A stretch of 64,000 nt of DNA from Dehalococcoidia bacterium (GTDB taxonomy: Bacteria > Chloroflexota > Dehalococcoidia > Lucifugimonadales > UBA3495). Positions within the stretch are counted from its first letter, which is position 1, and each line of letters begins with the position of its first letter. A program made the translations under genes and the position numbers. Below the pieces are notes generated by a model. It saw only the letters and a program-made list of their open reading frames with translations. It did not search any database and was not told the DNA's origin. This document shows, piece by piece, positions 57,407 through 64,000 of the stretch. The stretch covers positions 15,319 through 79,318 of the forward strand of contig DUCU01000066.1 of assembly GCA_012959605.1 (NCBI GenBank), in the 5' to 3' direction.

Positions 57407-57440
57407 GATAGGGCCTCGAAATTCGAGGCCCTATTTTTCT
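57407..57440 (+). terminator. intrinsic terminator after the NHL gene
   Basis: ATAGGGCCTCGAA pairs with TTCGAGGCCCTAT (57408..57434), followed by TTTTTCT. Confidence 0.85.
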
Positions 57441-57468
57441 CCAAGAATTCTTCAAGTGGTGTTGCTAC

Positions 57469-58215
57469 GTGCCGATCACAGTAGGCAGAACTCCGTATTT
57501 AAGCTCCGAACCAATGTATTTTGACATGGACAAGCGTGGGATTGGAGTTGTGGAGCTGCCGCCCAACGAGCTGACGACGGCGATCGCAGAAAACCAGATT
57601 CAGGGCGGCCTGGTCCCTCTGGTAGACACGTTTGACCTGGACGACAGCATGCGGGTGCTGGGCGGATTCTGCTTGGCGACAGTCGCTCAGGCGGGCAGCG
57701 TCAAACTTCACTCCAAACTACCTATAACAGACCTGGCGGGGAAAACCGTGGCGGTTCCCTGGGAATCTCCCACGTCGGTCAAATTGCTGCAGGTGCTGAT
57801 GGAATTGAAACACGGAGTTAAACCAACGGCCTATGTCACTGGAGACGAAGACCATGATGCACGTCTATTGGTAGGAAACATGGGGTTGCGCCACCGCCGT
57901 GGCCTTCGGGAACATCCACACGTCTATGATTTAGGCGAAGAATGGGCGCAGTGGACCAAATTGCCCTTCGTTTACGCCAGATGGGTGGTTAGAAACGACG
58001 TCGAGCGCCAAGAAGCCCTGGTGCTTGAAGACTCCCTCTACACAAGTCTGCAAGACTGGGCAGACGGGCTATACCGCGTAAAAGGCCCCGCCATCCCGCT
58101 ACCCATCCATCCTCAAGAGATACACGTGTACTCGCAAGGCCTCCGGTACTATATCGGCCGACCCGAAGAACTGGCCATCGCCAAGTTCCAAGAGTACATA
58201 GGGCAGTTGGCGTAA
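57469..58215 (+). CDS. MqnA-like protein (PF02621-type, chorismate dehydratase/periplasmic-binding fold)
   Basis: 248 aa with a GTG start. (V)GRTPYLSSEPMYF......ELPPNEL......GGLVP..D, LL.GN.GL and PFVYARWVVR resemble MqnA. No other futalosine-pathway genes are adjacent. Confidence 0.55.
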   Translation: MPITVGRTPYLSSEPMYFDMDKRGIGVVELPPNELTTAIAENQIQGGLVPLVDTFDLDDSMRVLGGFCLATVAQAGSVKLHSKLPITDLAGKTVAVPWESPTSVKLLQVLMELKHGVKPTAYVTGDEDHDARLLVGNMGLRHRRGLREHPHVYDLGEEWAQWTKLPFVYARWVVRNDVERQEALVLEDSLYTSLQDWADGLYRVKGPAIPLPIHPQEIHVYSQGLRYYIGRPEELAIAKFQEYIGQLA

Positions 58216-58525
58216 GGGATACAGGCTTATGCAGCTTGGATGATTGATGCGGTCCTTCCACGTCCTCCGGCTGCATGGCAGGATGAGCGGCTGCGAAAGT
58301 GACTCGCCACCCTCCGCCCACCGTCTTTCCCGCGAAGGCCGGAAACAACTCAGCAGGCACGTTTAATGTTTTAGGGCACGGTGGTAGGCCCCGATGGTGA
58401 GCCTGTCGATTCATCTTGGATGGGAGTCAACCGCCCCCACCCCCGAATTCGTCGAGAGTCTCGACATAGTCGGACCTAACCCTCCCGCTGGCAGGGAGAA
58501 AGGATTGTTTGTTCAATGGTTGAGA

Positions 58526-59344
58526 CTAGAGCATGCGAACGGTCTCTTCTCTAACGTAGTCCCGCAGTTCTTGCGGCATTGTGCCCAAGCTGCCGGAAAC
58601 GGCGTTTTCGTTAATGCGCTCCGGGCGTGACGTGGCCGGGATCGTGATACTGACCCTGGGGTCTGACACCACCCAGGAAAGCAGAGCTTGGGCCCAGGTC
58701 GAAACACCGAACTCTTTCAGCGGTGTAAGGTCTGGCTCCCCCTTCAGTTCGTTGACGTAGCGTCCTTTTTTCAGGGGCTCCATCACCATGACGCCGATGC
58801 CCAATTCTTCTGCCAGTGGTAGTATGCCTTCCTCAACGGTGCGTTGAACGACATTGTAGGGAATCTGCACCGTGTCTATTCGACCACTGCGCATTATGTC
58901 CATGATATCTGGATACGCCTCATCCACCATGGCGGTAACCCCAATCATCCCAATCTTTCCTTCTTCTTTCAGTCGTTCCAGGGTCGGTAGCTGGGTCTGG
59001 GTGTCAATAAGGTTGTGCACCTGGAAAAGGTCGATGTAATCGACTCCAAAGTTCTCAAAGGACTGGGCTATCTGCTGTTCACCGGCCTCTTTACCTTCGA
59101 TTCGCACCTTGGTCGCCAGATAAAACTGGTCACGTTTGCCCTCAATCGTGACCCCGACGGCTTTTTCCGACGCGCCGTACATCGCCGCCGAGTCGATGAA
59201 GTTGATGTCATTGGACAGCAGATTGTCGATTATCTGACTACGTTGCGCCAAGTCGGCTTCATCAGTAACATCGAACGTCCTCAAAGTTCCCAGGCCGATC
59301 ACCGAGACATCCAGATTGCCAAGTTTGCGGTACTCCAAAATCAC
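58526..59344 (-). CDS. aldo/keto reductase
   Basis: 272 aa with RKLGNLDVSVIGLGT, IDSAAMYG.SE, YIDLFQVH and QIPYN. Confidence 0.85.
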   Translation of the reverse strand: MILEYRKLGNLDVSVIGLGTLRTFDVTDEADLAQRSQIIDNLLSNDINFIDSAAMYGASEKAVGVTIEGKRDQFYLATKVRIEGKEAGEQQIAQSFENFGVDYIDLFQVHNLIDTQTQLPTLERLKEEGKIGMIGVTAMVDEAYPDIMDIMRSGRIDTVQIPYNVVQRTVEEGILPLAEELGIGVMVMEPLKKGRYVNELKGEPDLTPLKEFGVSTWAQALLSWVVSDPRVSITIPATSRPERINENAVSGSLGTMPQELRDYVREETVRML

Positions 59345-59388
59345 TCACCTTAGTCAATCAATCAAAATAGTCGTGTCAGTGCCCTGAA

Positions 59389-60627
59389 CTAGGCTTGGCC
59401 GCGCTTGTCAAAGTCAGACTTGGCTGCCGTCAGTAGGCTGGGATCAAGTAAAAGATCGCAAGCGGTCAAAGTCATAGTCTTCGCGACATTGATGGCTGCA
59501 TCCAGGGCAAAACCCGTGGTTGCGGTTTCCGTCATCTCTCGGGAATGGGACGGCACCGGCTGCTCACTCACTGCATACCGCAGTTCGTACGAAGGCAGTG
59601 CTTGGCTCACATTGCCAAAATCAGTGGAGGCCGCACTACCTTGCCGGCCCGGAAACGGCTCGTCCAGCTTCAGGCCAGACATCCCGGCATTAATCAATAG
59701 CAGCTCAGCAATCACCGCGTTCGGGCGCACGTTCTCGTAGAACGGATAATAATCCTGTACCTCCAACCGACATCCGGTCATGGCAGCCGCACCTTCTGCC
59801 GCTGCCAGCACCTGCCCGACTATCACATCACTTAAGTAGTCACGGTCGCGGCAGCGAAGCATAAAGTTGGCGGCCGCGTATTCTGGCACCACATTGGGCG
59901 CGCGACCGCCGTCGGTGATTACACCGTGAATCCGAGTGTCTTCTCTGAGATGCTGCCGCAACGAGTCGATGCCCGAAAACAGATGAATCACGCCGTTCAG
60001 GGCGTTGATGCCTTCGTGGGGTACGGCCGCAGCGTGGGCAGCCTTGCCGTGGAAGATGTACCGGTAGCCCACCATCGCCAAACTCCAGCTTTCTCCCAAA
60101 GGGATATCCGTGGGAATGACCGTCCGGTTGGACGATGGGTGCGACGAAAGGACCGCATCGACTCCTTTGAAGACACCACCGTCCAACATCCTGATCTTGC
60201 CGCCGCCGCCCTCTTCAGCCGGGGTGCCGATGACCATAATCTTACCGGGGAGTTTGTCCAGGTTGGCCTGCAAGCCCAAACCAGCGCCGATAGCCGCCAT
60301 GGCAATCAAGTTATGTCCGCAGCCGTGGCCAATGTCTGGCAGGGCGTCATACTCGGCAAGAATGGCAACGGTGGGCCCGTATCCGCCACCGCCGGGCAGA
60401 GTGGCCGTAAAGGCAGTCTCAACGCCGCCGACGCCGCGTTCCACCTGGAACCCGTGCTTCTCCAATGTTCCTGAAAGCAGCGCGGCGGCATGTTGTTCTT
60501 CGTAGTTCAATTCAGGGTGGGCGTGGATGTCAAGTGAGACTTCCACCAGTTCTGACCGTGCACCCTCAATAGCTTGGGATGTGGTTTCAGACAGAGCGTC
60601 CTTAGATGGGCTGTTCTTGCTGGTCAT
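59389..60627 (-). CDS. M20-family amidohydrolase (M20D/AbgB-like)
   Basis: 412 aa with LDIHAHPELNYEE, LAEYDALP..GHGCGHNL and GTPAEEGGGGK. Confidence 0.8.
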   Translation of the reverse strand: MTSKNSPSKDALSETTSQAIEGARSELVEVSLDIHAHPELNYEEQHAAALLSGTLEKHGFQVERGVGGVETAFTATLPGGGGYGPTVAILAEYDALPDIGHGCGHNLIAMAAIGAGLGLQANLDKLPGKIMVIGTPAEEGGGGKIRMLDGGVFKGVDAVLSSHPSSNRTVIPTDIPLGESWSLAMVGYRYIFHGKAAHAAAVPHEGINALNGVIHLFSGIDSLRQHLREDTRIHGVITDGGRAPNVVPEYAAANFMLRCRDRDYLSDVIVGQVLAAAEGAAAMTGCRLEVQDYYPFYENVRPNAVIAELLLINAGMSGLKLDEPFPGRQGSAASTDFGNVSQALPSYELRYAVSEQPVPSHSREMTETATTGFALDAAINVAKTMTLTACDLLLDPSLLTAAKSDFDKRGQA

Positions 60628-60899
60628 ATCGTCCTCAATCGCCTGGAATGTGGTTAAGACAAAGCGTTGTCCGATGGGCCATTTTTATTGGTCATTTCAT
60701 CATCAAACGTATGGGTGTGATGGGGCTCTCTTTAGCTGCAAAGACTTTACGCCATTTCAGCGGCGGCTGCACATCTGCCCAAACTCTAATGTCCGGACGC
60801 AAGGGTCTGGGCGCGATGGTTCGATTTTGCTAGAATCTATCGGTATTGGGAGCCAAGTAGTTAATCCGCAGGCTCACGCTATTTTGCAGGAGTTTTAAG

Positions 60900-61700
60900 A
60901 TGCCCGACAAATTAGGATGGCGCGCCAATTGGGGAGTCGTCGCACCCTCAACAAACACCTCGGTCCAACCCGAGTTTGATGAAATGCGCCCCAGGGGTGT
61001 TACTAATCATATGTCGCGTATATACGTACCCGACGAACCTCTGGCCAGCGATGAAGATTTCAACAAGTTGATGGACGCCATCCGCCTAGAATGGGACAAC
61101 GCCATTCTGCGTGTGATGACATGCAACCCCGACTACTTGGTCATGGGGATGTCATCTGAGACATTCTGGGGCGGACTAACACGGGCCAACGAGCTAAAAG
61201 CCCACATGACCGGGATGACCGGGCTGCGGGTGGCCATGGGATCCGACGCCTGCCAGGCGGCAATCCGCTGCTACGGCGACATCAAGAAAATTGGCGTGCT
61301 CACACCGTACTGGCCGGTGGCCGACAAAAATGTCACCCTTTTCTTCAACGACTGCGGATTCGAAGTTGTGGCCCTGAAGGGACTTTGTTGTCCCGGTCCG
61401 GCCGCAATAGCCCAGACGACCGAAAAAGAGATGATGGACGGGCTGCGGGAGTTGAACGAATCCGACGCCGAAGTCCTGGTACAGGTTGGCACCAACTTAG
61501 GCATGGCCAGGATGGCTGCTGAGGCGGAAAAGTGGCTCAACAAACCAGTGATCGCCATCAACACCGCCACCTATTGGTACGCCATGCGCGACAACAAGAT
61601 GGATGATGTAATAGAAGGGTTTGGTTCACTGATGACCGATTACCGTGAACTCCCCAAGCTATATTTCGACAAGCTAAAAGAACAGGCCAAGAACAGCTAA
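60900..61700 (+). CDS. maleate cis-trans isomerase / arylmalonate-decarboxylase-like (Asp/Glu racemase superfamily)
   Basis: 266 aa with WRANWGVVAPSTNTSVQPEF, DYLVMGMSSETF, KKIGVLTPY, LVQVGTNL and PVIAINTATYW. Confidence 0.65.
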   Translation: MPDKLGWRANWGVVAPSTNTSVQPEFDEMRPRGVTNHMSRIYVPDEPLASDEDFNKLMDAIRLEWDNAILRVMTCNPDYLVMGMSSETFWGGLTRANELKAHMTGMTGLRVAMGSDACQAAIRCYGDIKKIGVLTPYWPVADKNVTLFFNDCGFEVVALKGLCCPGPAAIAQTTEKEMMDGLRELNESDAEVLVQVGTNLGMARMAAEAEKWLNKPVIAINTATYWYAMRDNKMDDVIEGFGSLMTDYRELPKLYFDKLKEQAKNS

Positions 61701-61734
61701 CCAAGCCTCTTAAACACCGGCAAAGGAACGAAAA

Positions 61735-62388
61735 ATGCCAGAAGGCGATCTCAAGGCAACCCCCATAACCCAATTGGTGCGGAACCCTGGTCGCGCCGAC
61801 TACGACCGTGATTCGGTTAACCAAATCATCGACGCCACACCACTCTGCCACGTCTCCTATATCATTGACGGTCGTCCCTATGTGACACCCACGTTGCAGT
61901 GGCGTGAGGGCGACACTATCTACTGGCACGGCTCCTCAGCCAGCCGGTTCCTACGTCAGATCGTGGACAAGGAAGTCTGTATGGCCATTACCCATTTCGA
62001 TGGCTTTGTGCTGGCCCGTTCCTCGTTCCACCATTCCATCAACTACCGCTCGATCATGCTCTTTGGCCAGGCGACCAAGATCGAAGACGATGATAAGAAC
62101 GCGCTGCTCGATAGCTTCGTCGAGACCCTGATACCTGGTCGATTGAAGACTCTACGGCAAATGACCGACCAAGAGGCCAAGGCCACTACCGTATTTTCTA
62201 TGGCAATCGACGAAGGTTCAGCCAAAGTTCGTACCGGTCCCCCCGTGGACGATGACGAAGACTATGCGCTACCCATCTGGGCTGGCGTACTGCCCATCTC
62301 TCAGATATTGCATGACCCAATTCCAGACCCCAAGAACCAGGCCGGCCTGGAAATACCGCAACACATTCGTGATTTCAAGCTGGGGTAA
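61735..62388 (+). CDS. pyridoxamine 5'-phosphate oxidase-family flavoprotein
   Basis: 217 aa with CHVSYIIDGRPYVTPTLQWREGDTIYWHGS and S...HHSINYRS.MLFG.A. (split-barrel FMN-binding pattern). Confidence 0.65.
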   Translation: MPEGDLKATPITQLVRNPGRADYDRDSVNQIIDATPLCHVSYIIDGRPYVTPTLQWREGDTIYWHGSSASRFLRQIVDKEVCMAITHFDGFVLARSSFHHSINYRSIMLFGQATKIEDDDKNALLDSFVETLIPGRLKTLRQMTDQEAKATTVFSMAIDEGSAKVRTGPPVDDDEDYALPIWAGVLPISQILHDPIPDPKNQAGLEIPQHIRDFKLG

Positions 62389-62431
62389 TACTACCTCTCA
62401 TCCAGATCAACTGAATACATAGGAGAACAAC

Positions 62432-63529
62432 ATGGCCGACCGCATACGTTTAGGAATAATCGGTGCCAGCCCCACGGTTGGCTGGGCCTACCGCTCACAC
62501 CTCCCGGCAATCGCCGCCAGTCCCGAGTTTGAATTAACCGGCGTCTGCACAACTAGAATGGAGACTGCTGAAGAGTCTAAGAAGCTGTACGGCGCTAGGC
62601 TGGCTTTCGACGATTACCACACCATGCTGGCCCATCCGGAGATTGATGCCGTTGCGGTGGTGTTACGGGTACCAACCCATTACCAGATCACCAAAGACGC
62701 CCTTAACGCCGGCAAACACGTCTACACTGAGTGGCCTCTGGGAAAGACCACAGAAGAAGCCATTGAGTTGGCCGAACTGGCTAAAGAGAAAGGAGTGCGA
62801 GTCATAGTCGGCCTCCAAGCCCGAGCAGCACCAGCAGTTCTACATATGAAGCAACTGGTGGCAGATGGGTACGTGGGCGAGATGTTGTCTTGTTCCATGC
62901 GTCTGATCCGCGGTGGAGTGCTGGAGAGGGGTTCTGGCCGCACCTGGCAGCGAGACGTGGAATTGGGCGCAAACACCCTGACCATAGCCGCTGGTCATTC
63001 CATTGACGCGCTGCGTTTTGTGGCTGGCGAGTTCAGTGAAGTATCGTCAATCGTGTCCACCCAGGTGGACCAGTGGTACGAAACTGACACAAAAGAGATG
63101 CGGGACGTGACATCACCGGACAACATTTTGTTAAACGGACGCCTGGCCAATGGCGCGGTGGTCTCGGTGCACGTCGCAGTTAACCCCTGGGCAGGTAGTG
63201 GCTACATCATGGAGATCTACGGTCGCAAGGGAACCTTGGTCGCAACGGGAGACGACTCTCCCCAGATTGACGATGTATTCCTCCAGGGAGCCCAGGGCAC
63301 CGACAAATTGGAAGACATTGAAGTCCCATCGAATCTCACCAACGTGCTGGAAGGTATGCCTGCGGGCCCGCCCATGAATGTGGGCCAGATGTACTACCAG
63401 TTCGGCGAAGCCATTCGAGGCAACGATTCTGACTACCCCGACTTCGATACGGCTGTGGACCTCCACCGATTGATTGACTCCATCCGCCTAGCGTCTGGCG
63501 AAAACCGATCAGTAGCTACAACGGGATAA
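62432..63529 (+). CDS. Gfo/Idh/MocA-family oxidoreductase
   Basis: 365 aa with IRLGIIGAS.TVGW....HLPAI, DAVAVVLRVPTHY and KHVYTEWPL. Confidence 0.8.
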   Translation: MADRIRLGIIGASPTVGWAYRSHLPAIAASPEFELTGVCTTRMETAEESKKLYGARLAFDDYHTMLAHPEIDAVAVVLRVPTHYQITKDALNAGKHVYTEWPLGKTTEEAIELAELAKEKGVRVIVGLQARAAPAVLHMKQLVADGYVGEMLSCSMRLIRGGVLERGSGRTWQRDVELGANTLTIAAGHSIDALRFVAGEFSEVSSIVSTQVDQWYETDTKEMRDVTSPDNILLNGRLANGAVVSVHVAVNPWAGSGYIMEIYGRKGTLVATGDDSPQIDDVFLQGAQGTDKLEDIEVPSNLTNVLEGMPAGPPMNVGQMYYQFGEAIRGNDSDYPDFDTAVDLHRLIDSIRLASGENRSVATTG

Positions 63530-63567
63530 ATAGCCGTAGTCGGCACTCCTATAATCGAACCAAACAG

Positions 63568-63607
63568 AAAAGAGAGGGCAGATTAAGGATCTGCCCTCTC
63601 TTTTCTT
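63568..63607. terminator. bidirectional intrinsic terminator between convergent genes
   Basis: AAAAGAGAGGGCAGAT (63568..63583) pairs with ATCTGCCCTCTCTTTT (63589..63604). An A-run and a T-run flank the hairpin. Confidence 0.85.
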
Positions 63608-63632
63608 TCGACACTAACTTTGGCAGTGCAGG

Positions 63633-64000
63633 TTACGTCTGGGCAACGATCAGCTTCCTGAATCTGGTGTCCTGCTCTTTATCAGACAGGATGACGCAAC
63701 CTGCACAATAAATGTCGTCTTCTCTAACCTTCCAATACAGGCAACAACCGGCGCGCCTGGCGAAATAGCCTTTCTTGCCTTCGTGTTCCAACAACTCCAT
63801 CCTGACCTGCTGGTACATTGGAGATGTTTCGTCCGTGAATAAACCCTCGGCATGGCGCATCACGTCTTCTTTCCTGTCGGTCAGTTCATATAACCAATAG
63901 AAAACATGGGCGCAGGACGCGGCCACCGCGTTCCACGAGATTTTTTCACTGGCTCTAGCCGAACGACAAAGCGCAGGGATCAACAGGCCAAAGTTGGCAT
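63633..64000 (-). CDS. FhuF-like (2Fe-2S)-binding protein, 5'-partial (frame open to window end)
   Basis: The C-terminal CCLYWKVREDDIYCAGCVI matches the C-C-x10-C-x2-C FhuF-type cluster motif. The frame stays open through base 64000. Confidence 0.55.
   Translation of the reverse strand, partial: ANFGLLIPALCRSARASEKISWNAVAASCAHVFYWLYELTDRKEDVMRHAEGLFTDETSPMYQQVRMELLEHEGKKGYFARRAGCCLYWKVREDDIYCAGCVILSDKEQDTRFRKLIVAQT

Noticed and set aside
1-64000. CRISPR arrays, tRNA/rRNA genes, integrases, transposases, toxin-antitoxin or defence-system ATPase/nuclease genes
   Set aside because: I looked through all intergenic gaps and all ORFs of 60 aa or more. No direct-repeat/spacer pattern, cloverleaf-like sequence or relevant catalytic motifs were seen.

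Overview
Window of about 60 protein-coding genes, moderately GC-rich by eye (not computed). I found no rRNA, tRNA, CRISPR array or recognisable IS/transposase. All calls come from reading the translations and DNA by eye; no BLAST, HMM or folding software was run, so family assignments are motif-level recollection. The left end is housekeeping: hflK/hflC, sucCD, gatB, secG and a 2-oxoacid dehydrogenase E1 alpha/beta pair. The rest is an accessory-metabolism mosaic with 5 MFS transporters, 3 luciferase-like monooxygenases, 2 SDRs, a Rieske oxygenase, an amidase, an esterase, hot-dog hydratases and split ComDE-like TPP decarboxylase subunits. That gene content resembles what has been described for marine SAR202-type Chloroflexota, but this is inference only. 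Main points: (1) A DsbA/FrnE-like gene has an in-frame TGA exactly at the first Cys of its CxxC motif, followed by a SECIS-like hairpin. It is a candidate selenoprotein that the ORF track truncates. (2) A two-gene cohesin/dockerin surface module sits behind an AT-rich island containing a perfect 20-bp palindrome. It encodes a secreted protein with six PPC-like repeats plus cohesin plus dockerin, and a membrane-anchored cohesin protein. (3) A split B12-dependent acyl-CoA mutase carries the Ile/Asp residues I recall as diagnostic of 2-hydroxyisobutyryl-CoA mutase, next to a PaaK-type CoA ligase. (4) A GSMT/SDMT pair would allow de novo glycine betaine synthesis. (5) There is a high density of decayed genes showing nonsense codons, frameshifts, microduplications and an internal deletion.
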